This document shows positions 38,266-50,151 of a stretch of 54,418 nt of DNA, in pieces (position 1 is the first letter of the stretch; each line of letters starts with the position of its first letter). Location: sequence record DRR723986_14703. The stretch is one strand, 5' to 3'. Made by a program: the position numbers and the translations under genes. Under the pieces are notes generated by a model. The model saw only the letters and a program-made list of their open reading frames with translations, ran no database searches and was not told where the DNA came from.

Positions 38266-39012
38266 TTATTCCGCTAAGAAAATATCCAAACTATTTACCA
38301 TTGATGGATAATCAAACCATCCGTGAGATATCTGAACAGTTCCGCTATCATTAATCAAATAAGCACGGTTCGGTGCTTCGCCATAATAGGTCCAAAATTC
38401 ATTGCATTTATTATCGATTAAGACAGGACAATTTATGCTATAATTTGCTTTCAAGTCGTTTACAATAGCTACCCTTTCACCATAAGTTTTTGGTTGCTCG
38501 TATAACACATTGGCGTTGTAATTTTGTTGAGTTGTCCATACGCTGTCGGCATAAGGTGAATTATCAACAATAGGGTGCGCTTCAACAGTATAAGCAATGA
38601 AGAAGCTAATTTCTGATCCGTAATCAGTAACCAATTGGTTGATCTCTGAAATGCTGTTTCTAAAAACTGGGCATGTATATGAGCCGGTCATAATAAACAC
38701 AGGTTTACCATCTTGAAGCATATTTTCTAAGTTGTATCCTAAGCCATTTTCATCATACAAAGTGAAATCGTGAACTGAATTACCGATACTTATAGCGTTT
38801 GCATCAAAATCCCCAAGATAAGGGCTTATTGCACAAATGCTATCAGCTGAATTGGGACTTGAAGTTTCTCCAAAATGACTAAGTAAGTTTAGTTCATTAG
38901 CAGATGTGGTAGTATCTTGTTGCTCTATTGTCTGAGGCTCTGGAACAGGCTCTTCTTTTTTACAAGAAACTATTACTATACTCACTATCAGTATAAAAAT
39001 TAGACATTTCAT
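38266..39012 (-). CDS. Lipoprotein with iodothyronine-deiodinase-like thioredoxin/peroxiredoxin fold
   Basis: Lipobox IVS-C-KKEE; GSYTCPVF, YTVEAHP, YGEAPNRAYLI. Confidence 0.75.
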   Translation of the reverse strand: MKCLIFILIVSIVIVSCKKEEPVPEPQTIEQQDTTTSANELNLLSHFGETSSPNSADSICAISPYLGDFDANAISIGNSVHDFTLYDENGLGYNLENMLQDGKPVFIMTGSYTCPVFRNSISEINQLVTDYGSEISFFIAYTVEAHPIVDNSPYADSVWTTQQNYNANVLYEQPKTYGERVAIVNDLKANYSINCPVLIDNKCNEFWTYYGEAPNRAYLINDSGTVQISHGWFDYPSMVNSLDIFLAE

Positions 39013-39078
39013 AACAGTGGTTTTGTTTAAGACTATGAAAAGATGAAAAGGTTTAATACATTGGTCAAAAGTATTGAT

Positions 39079-39495
39079 ATGAAAAAAGTAACTGGCATTG
39101 GTGGCATTTTCTTTAAATGTGATGATCCAAAAAAAATGAATGAGTGGTACGCTAAAAATCTAGGATTAGTCACTAATGATTACGGTTCACTTTTTGAGTT
39201 TCGAAACACGCATAAGCCAGAAGAGATTAACTATTTGCAATGGAGCACCATGAAGAATGATTCCAATTATTTTGATCCCTCAGAAGCAAAATTCATGATT
39301 AACTATAGAGTAGATGATTTAGTGGCTTTAGAGAAAGAACTCAGAGCAGGTGGCGTGACAATTTGTGATGCAATTGAGGAATTTGAATACGGTAAGTTCT
39401 TGCACATATTAGATCCCGAAGGAAACAAAATAGAGTTGTGGGAACCAGTTGATAAGGTTTTTACACCAGATGGTGATGGGCAAACAACTTGTTAA
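39079..39495 (+). CDS. VOC/glyoxalase family protein
   Basis: MKKVTGIGGIFFK, MINYRVDDL, DPEGNKIELWEP. Confidence 0.92.
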   Translation: MKKVTGIGGIFFKCDDPKKMNEWYAKNLGLVTNDYGSLFEFRNTHKPEEINYLQWSTMKNDSNYFDPSEAKFMINYRVDDLVALEKELRAGGVTICDAIEEFEYGKFLHILDPEGNKIELWEPVDKVFTPDGDGQTTC

Positions 39496-39499
39496 AACG

Positions 39500-39530
39500 A
39501 AAAAAGGCACTCAAAAAATTGAATGCCTTT
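39500..39530. terminator. Intrinsic terminator between convergent genes
   Basis: AAAAAAGGCACTCAA...TTGAATGCCTTT. Confidence 0.7.
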
Positions 39531-39548
39531 CCTTGAAATTAAATTTTC

Positions 39549-40577
39549 TTATTTGAGGATATAATAGATACGTGTTAACACTTCATCCATACTTTCAACC
39601 GTTGTTGGATCTGTCACAAATTCTTCAATCGCCACAACCACTTCTAAGCCATTTTCTTTTGCATAAGCATCCATTTGCATGTGCGCCGCATAAGACTCTT
39701 CGTATGGACCGTAATAGTCAACAACTAATGCCTTACCTGCAGCAATGGTGTATGCCGTTACAGTAGAATCTCCAGGAATTGAATTATCTGCAACAGGAAA
39801 AGCAGGCATCATGTCTGCCATTTCGGTTTCCTCATTCCATTCAAAACATAAACTCACCGGCATTCCTGTCATTTCAATTTGGTTCATTCCGCAGAACATC
39901 CCTAATTGACCATAAGTTGTGCTGTATAAAGTAGAATCAACTTCTGCAAAAGGAATGACTTTTTTCACCCCATAGTATTTCGTTTCAGGAAAATCAATCG
40001 TTTTGATTTCATAAGTAGCAGCATCCAATTCAGCTTGTTTAATAGTAGCAATAGAATCCAGCAAGGTTAATCCTCTTTCAAAATCAGGACCAATTTGACC
40101 TTCTAAATCTAGGAACATCACCATTGGTCTGAACAAAAAAGCAATGTCACCACCGTCAAACCATGTCACTTCTGTTCCTGACTCTCCTTCAGCAATGTCA
40201 AATCCACCATGAGAGGTCATGTCCATATCTGCAAAGTGCAGGTCGTATCTGATTTTAGAAAACTCAGCCAATTCAGTTAAGGTCATACTTCCAGTACCAG
40301 ATAAATCTGGATCACCAACCCAACTCGTTTTAGAGCCCACCGTTCCAGGTTCACCTGTTCTTGTATTCTTGATAGATGGGTCTTTTTCGGCCCAAGGAGA
40401 CCAAGCATCCCAGTTTTCAAAAACTGCAATTTGTTGGTAAATCACTTCGGCACTTGCCGTCATTGTCTTTTTTCGTTCAACATTATAAGAGCTTGGTGCG
40501 AACAATGCAACGGTTAAATACAAGGCAACGATAATTCCCAAAACCTTGAGAATTCTAAAAATCCATTTTTTCATCAT
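39549..40577 (-). CDS. Membrane-anchored SRPBCC + GyrI-like effector-binding protein
   Basis: N-terminal TM, WDAWSPW...DP, DFERGL; C-terminal YYGPYE, EEFVTDP. Confidence 0.85.
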   Translation of the reverse strand: MMKKWIFRILKVLGIIVALYLTVALFAPSSYNVERKKTMTASAEVIYQQIAVFENWDAWSPWAEKDPSIKNTRTGEPGTVGSKTSWVGDPDLSGTGSMTLTELAEFSKIRYDLHFADMDMTSHGGFDIAEGESGTEVTWFDGGDIAFLFRPMVMFLDLEGQIGPDFERGLTLLDSIATIKQAELDAATYEIKTIDFPETKYYGVKKVIPFAEVDSTLYSTTYGQLGMFCGMNQIEMTGMPVSLCFEWNEETEMADMMPAFPVADNSIPGDSTVTAYTIAAGKALVVDYYGPYEESYAAHMQMDAYAKENGLEVVVAIEEFVTDPTTVESMDEVLTRIYYILK

Positions 40578-40928
40578 TTATTCATTTCGATCCGTAGGCA
40601 CCGAAGATACTTGATTATTTGCGTCAATTAAAATTTCGTATTCCCAGCACTCTTCCATTACAACTGCTAAGTCTACATCATTCATGTTTCCTATTGAAAT
40701 ATTGAAATCAACATTTCCGGCCGCAAAACTCTTGGTTTCTGACACCTGTCCTGGTAGAATATTATTGATGTTAACTGTATTTCCCCCTGAAGTTTGAATC
40801 TGAACACTAACAGATTCTGTTCCGTTGTTCACAATTTGTGCAATGGGATCTTCTCCCTTACATTTTTTACAAGATTGAAAGCTTAAACTCATAGTTAAGC
40901 CAATTAATAGGATTCCTACTCTTTTCAT
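40578..40928 (-). CDS. Hypothetical lipoprotein
   Basis: Lipobox FQS-C-KK. Confidence 0.78.
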   Translation of the reverse strand: MKRVGILLIGLTMSLSFQSCKKCKGEDPIAQIVNNGTESVSVQIQTSGGNTVNINNILPGQVSETKSFAAGNVDFNISIGNMNDVDLAVVMEECWEYEILIDANNQVSSVPTDRNE

Positions 40929-40973
40929 AATTTGTCTTTTAAAGAAGACAATTCTGTCAGACTTAGGTTGGAA

Positions 40974-41303
40974 TTAGGCCTCCGTATTCGGGCCAAAATT
41001 CATAGGAATCGGAGTCCCTTGCGGGCCATGCTCTTTAATCGTTCCGTGCTGAGACTCGTATTTTTGTACATTCTCAACCATTGCTTTCATCAATTTTTTA
41101 GCGTTATCAGGAGTCATAATAATTCGTGACTGCACTTTACCTTTAGGCACGCCGGGCATTAACTGAATAAAGTCAACGATAAACTCAGAAGGCGAGTGTG
41201 TAATGATTGACAAATTCGAATATGTTCCACCCGCTACTTCTTCAGGCAATTCGATATTAATTTGATTGGGGTTATTGGGTTGATTTTTATTTTGATCGCT
41301 CAT
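40974..41303 (-). CDS. DUF3467 domain protein
   Basis: GTYSNLSIITHSPSEFIVDF, SRIIMTP; usual position after rpoC in Bacteroidota. Confidence 0.92.
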   Translation of the reverse strand: MSDQNKNQPNNPNQINIELPEEVAGGTYSNLSIITHSPSEFIVDFIQLMPGVPKGKVQSRIIMTPDNAKKLMKAMVENVQKYESQHGTIKEHGPQGTPIPMNFGPNTEA

Positions 41304-41317
41304 GTTTTTCGGTTTTG

Positions 41318-41366
41318 TCTTTCGTTATTCGTTTTTCGTCTTTCGTTATTCGTTATTCGATTTTCG
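41318..41366. repeat. Seven tandem heptamers (consensus TYWTTCG)
   Basis: TCTTTCG TTATTCG TTTTTCG TCTTTCG TTATTCG TTATTCG ATTTTCG. Confidence 0.85.
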
Positions 41367-41380
41367 AAAAGTCGCAAAAC

Positions 41381-41414
41381 AAAAAAAGCGCTCCCAAATA
41401 ATCGGGAACGCTTT
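41381..41414 (-). terminator. rpoC intrinsic terminator
   Basis: Minus strand AAAGCGTTCCCGA-TTAT-TTGGGAGCGCTTTTTTT. Confidence 0.8.
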
Positions 41415-41432
41415 AAAATTATAAATTATCTG

Positions 41433-44400
41433 CTACTTAGCAGTCAATTCTTCGTATTCTTCTTGAGAACCGACAACGATATTTTGGAACTTTCTGAATC
41501 CTGTTCCTGCAGGAATCTTGTGTCCAACGATTACGTTCTCTTTTAATCCCATCAAGTGATCTACTTTTCCGTTTAGTGCGGCTTCGTTCAATACTTTCGT
41601 AGTCTCTTGGAAAGAGGCAGCTGAAATAAATGAACGTGTCTGCAATGACGCCTTCGTGATCCCTTGAAGCATAGGCTCCGAAGTTGAAGGTTGAGCATCT
41701 CTTGCTACAATTAAGGCTTTATCTTTTCTCTTCAAGGTTGAGTTTTCATCTCTCAATTTACGAGCAGAGATAATTTGTCCTGCTTTAATTGTATCCGATT
41801 CACCCGGATCTTCTACAACCACTTTACCGAATAATGAATCATTCTCTTCAAAGAAGTCAGCTTTATGTACAGATTGTCCTTCTAGGAATTTAGTATCCCC
41901 AGCTTCTTTAATCTCTACTTTCAACATCATTTGACGAACGATCACCTCGAAGTGCTTGTCATTAATTTTCACCCCTTGTAAACGATATACTTCTTGTACT
42001 TCATTTACCAAGTATTCTTGAACAGCCGTTGGGCCTTTAATATTCAAGATATCCTTAGGAGTAATTGCTCCATCAGAAAGAGACTGTCCAGCCTTCACGA
42101 AGTCATTGGCTTGCACCAAGATATGCTTAGAAAGTGGAGCAAGGTACTTACGTACTTCACCTGTACGAGATTCAATAATGATCTCACGGTTACCTCTTTT
42201 AATTTTTCCATATGAAACGATACCGTCAATTTCAGAAACAACTGAAGGGTTAGATGGGTTACGTGCCTCGAATAACTCAGTTACTCTTGGTAGACCCCCT
42301 GTAATATCCCCGGATTTACCAGCAACTCTCGGTATTTTTACCAAGATTTGACCAGCTTCAATTTTGTCTCCTTCGTTTACGATAATATGTGCACTTACTG
42401 GTAAGTTGTAAGAACGCTCATCTTTTCCTGTAACAACTTTTACAGTTGGAATTGCTTTCTTATTTCTGTTTTCAGTAATTACTTTTTCTGTAAATCCAGT
42501 TTGCTCATCAATCTCTTCACGGAAAGTTTCTCCTTCGATAATGTGCTCAAACTCAATTGTACCTTTTTGTTCAGATAGGATAACGGCGTTATAAGGATCC
42601 CACTTACAAATCACATCACCTTTTTTCACTTCAGTGTTGTTTTTTGCAATCATGTGTGAACCGTAAGGAATGTTAGCTGTCATCACAACAATTCCTGTTT
42701 TAGGATTTGTGATTTTAGCTTCACCTGAACGTCCGATAACTACTTCAACTTTATTTCCATCCTTATCTTTAGTAGGGATAGTTTTTAATTCATCAATTTC
42801 TAATAAACCGTCAAACTTGGCTTTAACCATAGTTTCATCAGCAATGTTTGATGCCGTACCACCTACGTGGAACGTTCTCAACGTTAACTGTGTACCCGGC
42901 TCACCGATTGACTGTGCAGCAATTACTCCAACCGCATCCCCTTGAACAGCCATTTCTGACGTTGAAAGGTTACGTCCATAACACTTAGCACAAACACCAC
43001 GTTTCATCTCACAAGTTAGTACTGAACGTACTTCAACTTCTTCGATTTCTGCGGCTTCAATCTTTCTGGCATAAGGTTCAGTTATTTCTTCACCAGCAGC
43101 AATTAAAAGGTCTTCTGTTCCAGGATAGTAAACATCCTCAACAGTAACACGACCTAAAATTCTGTCATATAAAGATTCAACGATATCATCACTCTTTTTA
43201 AGAGCAGATACTGTAATACCTCTTAACGTACCACAATCGTCTTCGTTAATTACAACGTCTTGAGCAACATCCACCAATCTTCTAGTAAGGTAACCAGCAT
43301 CCGCCGTTTTAAGGGCCGTATCTGCTAGACCTTTACGTGCACCGTGAGTTGAAATAAAGTACTCCAATACCGTAAGACCTTCTTTAAAGTTTGAAAGAAT
43401 CGGGTTTTCAATAATGTCTTGAGATGAAGCCCCTGATTTTTGCGGCTTCGCCATCAATCCCCTCATTCCTGATAACTGACGAATTTGCTCTTTAGATCCC
43501 CTTGCTCCAGAATCCATCATCATATAGATAGAGTTGAAACCTTGGTTATCTGTAGAAATTCTATCCATCAATTTGGATGTCAATCTTGTATTTGTATGTG
43601 TCCAGATGTCAATGATTTGGTTGTAACGCTCGTTGTTCGTAATTAGACCCATGTTATAGTTCATCATTACTTCATCAACTTCTGCGTTGGCTTTTTCTAC
43701 CATCTCATCTTTCTCAGCTGGAATAATTACGTCATCTAAGTTGAAAGAAAGACCACCTTTGAATGCCATATGGTATCCAAGATCTTTAATATCATCCAAG
43801 AATTGAGCAGTACGCGCTGTTCCACAAACCGCTAATACTTTTGAGATAATTCCTCTCAATGCTTTCTTAGTTAATACTTCATCAACATATCCAACAGCAT
43901 TAGGCACTAATTCGTTAAAAATCACACGACCACAAGTAGTTTCAACAATTCTTGTAATCTCTTCACCGTTCTCGTCAATATCAGTTGTTCTAACTTTAAT
44001 TGCAGCGTGAATATCTAAAGCTCCTTCATTTTTAGCAATGATTACTTCTTCAGGAGAATAGAATGTCATGTCCTCACCAGCTACTTTTTCTTCTTTAGTT
44101 GAACGTTTCAACTTAGTGATATAGTAAAGCCCAAGAACCATATCCTGAGAAGGTACAGTAATAGGAGCTCCGTTAGCTGAGTTACGGATATTGTGCGAAG
44201 AAAGCATTAACATTTGAGCTTCAAGAATTGCAGCGTTACCTAATGGTAAGTGAACTGCCATCTGATCCCCATCAAAATCGGCGTTGAAGGCCGTACATAC
44301 TAATGGGTGAAGACGAATTGCTTTTCCTTCAATTAATTTTGGTTGGAAAGCCTGAATACCTAATCTGTGAAGCGTTGGTGCTCTATTCAGCAATACTGGA

Positions 44401-45707
44401 TGGCCTCTCAACACGTTTTCAAGAATATCCCAAACTATTGGCTCTTTCTTGTCAACAATTTTCTTTGCAGATTTTACAGTTTTAACAACACCTCTTTCAA
44501 TCAATTTTCTAATTACGAAAGGCTTGAATAACTCAGCCGCCATGTTCTTTGGAAGACCACACTCGTGTAATTTCAAGTTAGGTCCAACAACGATTACAGA
44601 ACGTGCAGAATAATCAACCCTTTTCCCTAGTAAGTTTTGACGGAAACGTCCTTGCTTACCTTTTAATGAATCAGATAATGATTTTAATGGTCTGTTAGAT
44701 TCAGTTTTAACAGCTGATGATTTTCTTGAGTTATCGAATAAAGAATCAACAGACTCTTGAAGCATACGCTTCTCGTTTCTCAAAATAACCTCAGGTGCTT
44801 TAATTTCTAATAATCTCTTTAGACGGTTGTTTCTGATAATAACTCTTCTGTAAAGGTCATTTAAATCAGAAGTTGCAAAACGTCCACCATCTAGAGGCAC
44901 TAATGGTCTCAACTCAGGTGGAATAACTGGAACAACTTTAACAATCATCCACTCAGGACGATTTTCAACTCTCGTGTGAGAATCTCTTAAAGCTTCAACA
45001 ACTTGAAGTCTCTTTAGAGCCTCTTTCTTTCTTTGTTGAGAAGTTTCAGTATTTGCTTTGTGTCTTAAATCAAAAGATAAAGAGTTTAACTCTAATCTCG
45101 CTAATAAATCATGTAATGCCTCAGCACCCATTTTAGCGATAAATTTGTTAGGGTCGTTATCCTCTAAATATTGATTTTCTTTTGGTAATTCATCTAGGAT
45201 ATCCAAGTATTCCTCTTCAGTTAAGAAATCCATGTATTCTAGCGATTCACCATCAGCTCTTTCAGCAATACCTTTTTGAATCACTACATATCTCTCGTAA
45301 TAGATAATTTGATCCAATTTTTTAGTAGGTAAACCTAATAAATAACCGATTTTGTTCGGTAGAGAACGGAAGTACCAGATGTGAGCAACAGGCACAACTA
45401 GAGAGATGTGTCCCATTCTTTCTCTTCTTACTTTTTTCTCAGTTACTTCAACACCACAACGGTCACAAACGATTCCTTTGTATCGGATTCTTTTGTATTT
45501 ACCACAGTGACACTCGTAATCCTTAACAGGTCCGAATATTCTTTCACAGAACAAACCATCTCTTTCAGGTTTATACGTTCTATAATTTATTGTTTCAGGC
45601 TTTAAAACTTCTCCGTGAGACTTTTCAAGAATCATCTCTGGCGAAGCCAAACTGATTGTAATTTTATTAAAACTACTTCTTTGTTTTTGTTCTTTTCTAT
45701 AAGCCAT
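41433..45707 (-). CDS. rpoC: DNA-directed RNA polymerase subunit beta'
   Basis: [12 protein letters not shown] catalytic motif, Zn ribbon, full length. Confidence 0.99.
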   Translation of the reverse strand: MAYRKEQKQRSSFNKITISLASPEMILEKSHGEVLKPETINYRTYKPERDGLFCERIFGPVKDYECHCGKYKRIRYKGIVCDRCGVEVTEKKVRRERMGHISLVVPVAHIWYFRSLPNKIGYLLGLPTKKLDQIIYYERYVVIQKGIAERADGESLEYMDFLTEEEYLDILDELPKENQYLEDNDPNKFIAKMGAEALHDLLARLELNSLSFDLRHKANTETSQQRKKEALKRLQVVEALRDSHTRVENRPEWMIVKVVPVIPPELRPLVPLDGGRFATSDLNDLYRRVIIRNNRLKRLLEIKAPEVILRNEKRMLQESVDSLFDNSRKSSAVKTESNRPLKSLSDSLKGKQGRFRQNLLGKRVDYSARSVIVVGPNLKLHECGLPKNMAAELFKPFVIRKLIERGVVKTVKSAKKIVDKKEPIVWDILENVLRGHPVLLNRAPTLHRLGIQAFQPKLIEGKAIRLHPLVCTAFNADFDGDQMAVHLPLGNAAILEAQMLMLSSHNIRNSANGAPITVPSQDMVLGLYYITKLKRSTKEEKVAGEDMTFYSPEEVIIAKNEGALDIHAAIKVRTTDIDENGEEITRIVETTCGRVIFNELVPNAVGYVDEVLTKKALRGIISKVLAVCGTARTAQFLDDIKDLGYHMAFKGGLSFNLDDVIIPAEKDEMVEKANAEVDEVMMNYNMGLITNNERYNQIIDIWTHTNTRLTSKLMDRISTDNQGFNSIYMMMDSGARGSKEQIRQLSGMRGLMAKPQKSGASSQDIIENPILSNFKEGLTVLEYFISTHGARKGLADTALKTADAGYLTRRLVDVAQDVVINEDDCGTLRGITVSALKKSDDIVESLYDRILGRVTVEDVYYPGTEDLLIAAGEEITEPYARKIEAAEIEEVEVRSVLTCEMKRGVCAKCYGRNLSTSEMAVQGDAVGVIAAQSIGEPGTQLTLRTFHVGGTASNIADETMVKAKFDGLLEIDELKTIPTKDKDGNKVEVVIGRSGEAKITNPKTGIVVMTANIPYGSHMIAKNNTEVKKGDVICKWDPYNAVILSEQKGTIEFEHIIEGETFREEIDEQTGFTEKVITENRNKKAIPTVKVVTGKDERSYNLPVSAHIIVNEGDKIEAGQILVKIPRVAGKSGDITGGLPRVTELFEARNPSNPSVVSEIDGIVSYGKIKRGNREIIIESRTGEVRKYLAPLSKHILVQANDFVKAGQSLSDGAITPKDILNIKGPTAVQEYLVNEVQEVYRLQGVKINDKHFEVIVRQMMLKVEIKEAGDTKFLEGQSVHKADFFEENDSLFGKVVVEDPGESDTIKAGQIISARKLRDENSTLKRKDKALIVARDAQPSTSEPMLQGITKASLQTRSFISAASFQETTKVLNEAALNGKVDHLMGLKENVIVGHKIPAGTGFRKFQNIVVGSQEEYEELTAK

Positions 45708-45713
45708 ATTGTC

Positions 45714-45803
45714 TATTTAGATTTTAGATTCTAGATTTTAGATTCTAGACTTTTACTCGTAAGTAAATTGTCGTCTAGACTCTAAGCTCTAGTATCTATA
45801 TTC
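45714..45803. repeat. Heptamer tandem repeats arranged as an inverted repeat between rpoB and rpoC
   Basis: Five ATTYTAG-type units at 45714-45748; four TCTAnnn units at 45774-45801. Confidence 0.8.
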
Positions 45804-45819
45804 TTTTTTCAATTAATAA

Positions 45820-48800
45820 TTAGTCCATTGTGATATTCAATCCAAGTCCTGCCAACTCGTTCAACAATACGTTGAATGATTCTGGTATACCAGGTTCCTG
45901 GAAATTCTCACCTTTAACAATTGATTCGTAGGCTTTCGCTCTACCCATCACGTCATCCGACTTAATTGTAAGGATCTCTCTTAAAATATTAGCTGCTCCG
46001 TAAGCCTCTAGTGCCCAAACTTCCATCTCACCAAAACGCTGACCACCGAATTGAGCTTTACCACCCAACGGTTGTTGTGTAATTAATGAGTATGGTCCGA
46101 TTGAACGAGCGTGCATCTTGTCATCAACCATGTGTCCTAGTTTCAACATGTAGATAATACCTACAGTTGCTGGTTGGTCAAATTGCTCACCAGTGTTACC
46201 GTCAATTAGGTAAGATTTACCGAATCTTGGAACCCCTGCTTTGTCAGTGTATTCATTGATTTGATCAATAGACGCACCATCAAAAATTGGTGTTGCAAAT
46301 TTAACTCCTAGTTCTTCTCCTGCCCATCCTAAAACAGTTTCGTAAATCTGTCCAAGGTTCATACGAGAAGGTACACCTAGTGGGTTTAACACGATATCAA
46401 CAGGAGTTCCGTCTGCTAAGAAAGGCATATCTTCTTGACGAACAATGTTCGCTACTATACCTTTGTTACCGTGACGTCCCGCCATTTTATCACCTACTTT
46501 TAGCTTTCTTTTCTTAGCCACATAAACTTTCGCCATCTTAACGATTCCTGTTGGTAATTCATCACCAACTGAAATTTGGAATTTCTTTCTTTTAAAGACT
46601 CCTAATAAATCGTTTGCTTTGATTGAATAGTTATGTAATACTCTTTGAATAAGTTTATTCACTTTTTCATCAGAGGTCCAGTTGTATGGATTAACAATTG
46701 CGAAATCAACAGTAGATAAATTCTTCGTAGAGAATTTGATTCCTTTTTTAAGGATTTCTTCTTTATAGTTATTGAATACACCAGCTGATTTATTATCACC
46801 TAAAATATTTAATAGCTTATCAATAAGCACTCCTTTTAAAACATCTGCCTCTTTTTCGTAATCAGCATCTAACTGCGCTAAGATTGGTTTATCCTTTGCT
46901 TTCGTTTTTCTGTCTTTAATTGCTCTTGAGAACAATTTCTTATCAACAACAACTCCTCTTAAAGAAGGTCCTGCTTTCAAAGATGCATCTTTAACATCAC
47001 CAGCCTTATCACCGAAGATTGCTCTTAATAGTTTTTCTTCTGGAGATGGGTCAGTTTCACCTTTTGGAGTAATTTTTCCAATTAAGATATCACCTTCTCT
47101 AATGTCAGCACCAACTCTAATAATTCCGTTTTCATCTAAGTCTTTAGTAGCCTCTTCAGAAACGTTAGGAATATCAGCAGTTAATTCTTCCAATCCACGT
47201 TTAGTATCTCTTACTTCAAGTGCATACTCATCAATGTGAACTGATGTGAATATATCATTACGAACAATTTTCTCTGAGATTACAATCGCATCCTCAAAGT
47301 TATATCCTTGCCAAGGCATGAATGCTACTTTCAAGTTTTGTCCTAGTGCTAATTCACCAGCTTGCGTTGCATATCCTTCACAAAGTACTTGTCCTTTTTC
47401 AACCTTATCACCTTTAGCCACAATTGGACGAAGGTTAATTGTAGTTGATTGATTCGTTTTTTGGAATTTAGTTAATTCGTAAGTTTTAACATCCCCATCA
47501 AAATTCACCAATTTATCTTCTTTAGATAAGTTGTATTTAATCTTGATTTCGTTAGCATCTACGTATTCAACAACACCATCACCCTCTGCATTAATCAATA
47601 CACGGGAATCTCTTGCAACCAATTTCTCAATACCTGTTCCAACAATTGGAGAGTTAGGTTTTAATAGAGGAACTGCTTGACGCTGCATGTTAGATCCCAT
47701 CAAGGCTCTGTTGGCATCATCATGCTCCAAGAATGGAATTGAAGATGCTGCGATAGATGCAATTTGGTTTGTTCCAACATCCACCATTGCAATTTCTTTC
47801 GGATCAACCACAGGGAAATCACCTTCTAATCTTGCTTTGATTTTGTCTTTAACAAATCCACCTTTATCATTTAACTCAACACTAGCTTGTGCGATAATTT
47901 TACCTTCTTCTTCTTCAGCTGATTTATAAATCGGCTGATCTTTGAAGTTCACTTTACCGTTATTTACTTCCCAGTAAGGCGTTTCAATAAATCCAAGTTT
48001 ATTCACTTTCGCGAATACACATAGAGAAGAAATTAGACCAATATTTGGTCCCTCAGGAGTTTCGATAGTACATAAACGACCGTAGTGCGTGTAGTGAACA
48101 TCACGAACCTCAAATCCTGCTCTTTCTCTAGATAAACCTCCAGGCCCTAGTGCTGATAATCTTCTTTTGTGTGTCACCTCAGAAAGTGGATTGGTTTGAT
48201 CCATGAACTGAGAAAGTTGGTTTGTTCCGAAGAATGAGTTAATTACAGAAGATAAAGTTTTAGCGTTGATCAAATCGATCGGTGTAAATACTTCGTTATC
48301 TCTTACGTTCATTCTTTCACGGATGGTTCTAGCCATTCTCGCTAAACCAACACCGAATTGGTTGTGTAATTGCTCACCAACCGTCCTAACACGTCTATTT
48401 GATAAGTGATCAATATCATCAATCTCAGCTTTTGCGTTGATTAACTCAATTAAATACTTAACAATTAAAATAATGTCTTGTTTCGTCAATACTTTTTGCT
48501 CGATATCAGTATCGATACCTAGTTTCGTATTAATTCTGAAACGTCCTACCTCACCTAAGTCATAACGAGTATCAGAGAAGAATAATTTTTCAAATACACT
48601 TCTTGCTGTCTCAAAATCAGGTGGCTCAGCGTTTCTTAATTGACGATAAATATGTTCAACTGCTTCTTTCTCCGAGTTCGAAGTATCTTTTTGCAATGTG
48701 TTATAGATAATTGCAAAGTCAGCAGAGTTTACGTTTTCTTTATGAAGGATGATTGTTTTAGCTCCACTATCGCTAATCAAGTCAATGTGCTCTTTTTCTA

Positions 48801-49632
48801 AAATCGTTTCACGATCTAAAAGCACTTCATTTCTCTCGATAGATACAACCTCTCCCGTATCTTCATCTACGAAATCTTCAACCCAAGTTTTCAAAACTCT
48901 TGCAGCAAGTTTACGTCCTAAAACTTTCTTAACGGCAGCTTTAGTAACTTTCACCTCATCAGCAAGGTCAAAAATTTCTAGAATGTCTTTATCACTTTCA
49001 TATCCGATTGCACGGAATAATGTAGTAACAGGTAATTTTTTCTTTCTGTCGATATACGCATACATTACAGAGTTGATGTCTGTTGCGAATTCGATCCAAG
49101 ATCCTTTAAAAGGAATAATTCTAGCTGAATAAAGTTTAGTTCCGTTAGCGTGACGAGATTGTCCGAAGAAAACTCCAGGAGATCTGTGTAGCTGTGAAAC
49201 GATTACTCTTTCAGCACCATTGATAACAAATGAACCTTTAGGGGTCATGTATGGGATAGTTCCCAAATATACATCTTGCACGATAGTTTCAAAATCCTCA
49301 TGCTCGGGATCTGTACAATACAACTTAAGCTTTGCTTTTAACGGCACACTGTAAGTTAATCCTCTATCAATACATTCAACGATCGTGTATCTAGGAGGGT
49401 CAATGAAATAATCTAAGAACTCTAACACGAATTGGTTTCGTGTATCTGTAATAGGGAAATTCTCACTGAATACTTTAAAGAGACCTTCTTCGTTTCTATT
49501 TTCCGGAGTTGTTTCCAACTGGAAAAAAGATCTAAAAGACTCTAACTGAATATCTAGAAAATCTGGGTATTCGAATACCTTAGATTGGCTTCTGAAATTT
49601 ATTCTTTCGGTAATATTATTTGTTGATCCCAA
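45820..49632 (-). CDS. rpoB: DNA-directed RNA polymerase subunit beta
   Basis: [40 protein letters not shown] start. Confidence 0.99.
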   Translation of the reverse strand: MGSTNNITERINFRSQSKVFEYPDFLDIQLESFRSFFQLETTPENRNEEGLFKVFSENFPITDTRNQFVLEFLDYFIDPPRYTIVECIDRGLTYSVPLKAKLKLYCTDPEHEDFETIVQDVYLGTIPYMTPKGSFVINGAERVIVSQLHRSPGVFFGQSRHANGTKLYSARIIPFKGSWIEFATDINSVMYAYIDRKKKLPVTTLFRAIGYESDKDILEIFDLADEVKVTKAAVKKVLGRKLAARVLKTWVEDFVDEDTGEVVSIERNEVLLDRETILEKEHIDLISDSGAKTIILHKENVNSADFAIIYNTLQKDTSNSEKEAVEHIYRQLRNAEPPDFETARSVFEKLFFSDTRYDLGEVGRFRINTKLGIDTDIEQKVLTKQDIILIVKYLIELINAKAEIDDIDHLSNRRVRTVGEQLHNQFGVGLARMARTIRERMNVRDNEVFTPIDLINAKTLSSVINSFFGTNQLSQFMDQTNPLSEVTHKRRLSALGPGGLSRERAGFEVRDVHYTHYGRLCTIETPEGPNIGLISSLCVFAKVNKLGFIETPYWEVNNGKVNFKDQPIYKSAEEEEGKIIAQASVELNDKGGFVKDKIKARLEGDFPVVDPKEIAMVDVGTNQIASIAASSIPFLEHDDANRALMGSNMQRQAVPLLKPNSPIVGTGIEKLVARDSRVLINAEGDGVVEYVDANEIKIKYNLSKEDKLVNFDGDVKTYELTKFQKTNQSTTINLRPIVAKGDKVEKGQVLCEGYATQAGELALGQNLKVAFMPWQGYNFEDAIVISEKIVRNDIFTSVHIDEYALEVRDTKRGLEELTADIPNVSEEATKDLDENGIIRVGADIREGDILIGKITPKGETDPSPEEKLLRAIFGDKAGDVKDASLKAGPSLRGVVVDKKLFSRAIKDRKTKAKDKPILAQLDADYEKEADVLKGVLIDKLLNILGDNKSAGVFNNYKEEILKKGIKFSTKNLSTVDFAIVNPYNWTSDEKVNKLIQRVLHNYSIKANDLLGVFKRKKFQISVGDELPTGIVKMAKVYVAKKRKLKVGDKMAGRHGNKGIVANIVRQEDMPFLADGTPVDIVLNPLGVPSRMNLGQIYETVLGWAGEELGVKFATPIFDGASIDQINEYTDKAGVPRFGKSYLIDGNTGEQFDQPATVGIIYMLKLGHMVDDKMHARSIGPYSLITQQPLGGKAQFGGQRFGEMEVWALEAYGAANILREILTIKSDDVMGRAKAYESIVKGENFQEPGIPESFNVLLNELAGLGLNITMD

Positions 49633-49681
49633 AGCTAAAAATTTTTAGTTATCAAAACGCTTATTCAATCATAAGCAATAT

Positions 49682-49724
49682 AAAACAGGAGTAGGCACTT
49701 GCTCGAAAGCAGTGCCTATCCTGG
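49682..49724 (-). terminator. rplL-rpoB terminator/attenuator hairpin
   Basis: Minus strand CAGGATAGGCACTGCT-TTCG-AGCAAGTGCCTACTCCTG-TTTT. Confidence 0.7.
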
Positions 49725-49740
49725 TAAAAATAAGTATGTC

Positions 49741-50121
49741 TTACTTAAGCTCAACTTCAGCTCCAGCCTCTTCTAAAGAAGATTTTAGACCTTCAGCTTC
49801 GTCTTTAGAAACACCTTCTTTAACTGTAGCAGGTGCGCTATCAACTAATTCTTTAGCTTCTTTAAGCCCTTTTCCAGTCAATTCTTTAACTAGTTTTACA
49901 ACTGCTAATTTAGAACCACCAGCAGCTTTTAAGATTACGTCAAACTCAGTTTGCGCTTCTCCACCACCAGCGTCTCCGCCACCAGCAGGTCCAGCAACAG
50001 CAACAGCAGCAGCTGCAGCAGGCTCAATTCCGTACTCTTCTTTAAGGATTTCAGCTAATTCGTTAACGTCTTTTACTGTTAAATTTACTAGCTCTTCAGC
50101 GAATTTTTTTAAATCTGCCAT
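49741..50121 (-). CDS. rplL: 50S ribosomal protein L7/L12
   Basis: Ala/Gly hinge, [18 protein letters not shown]. Confidence 0.99.
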   Translation of the reverse strand: MADLKKFAEELVNLTVKDVNELAEILKEEYGIEPAAAAAVAVAGPAGGGDAGGGEAQTEFDVILKAAGGSKLAVVKLVKELTGKGLKEAKELVDSAPATVKEGVSKDEAEGLKSSLEEAGAEVELK

Positions 50122-50151
50122 TTTATTTAATTTTAATTTAAGTTAATTTGT

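Noticed and set aside
38266..39012. Selenoprotein recoding in the deiodinase-like gene
   Set aside because: Active-site codon is Cys (TGC); no in-frame TGA
41262..41546. 94-aa ORF with FVFRLSLFVIR repeats
   Set aside because: Translation of the heptamer array; antisense to rpoC and DUF3467
41318..45803. Short repeat arrays as possible CRISPR
   Set aside because: 7-bp tandem units without spacers; no cas genes
48130..48240. RpoB rifampicin-resistance region
   Set aside because: [23 protein letters not shown] keeps the usual sensitive-type Q, D, H and S residues
49712..50146. 144-aa plus-strand ORF antisense to rplL, and similar antisense ORFs within tyrS, rpoB, rpoC, rplA and tuf
   Set aside because: Shadow ORFs caused by codon bias of highly expressed genes
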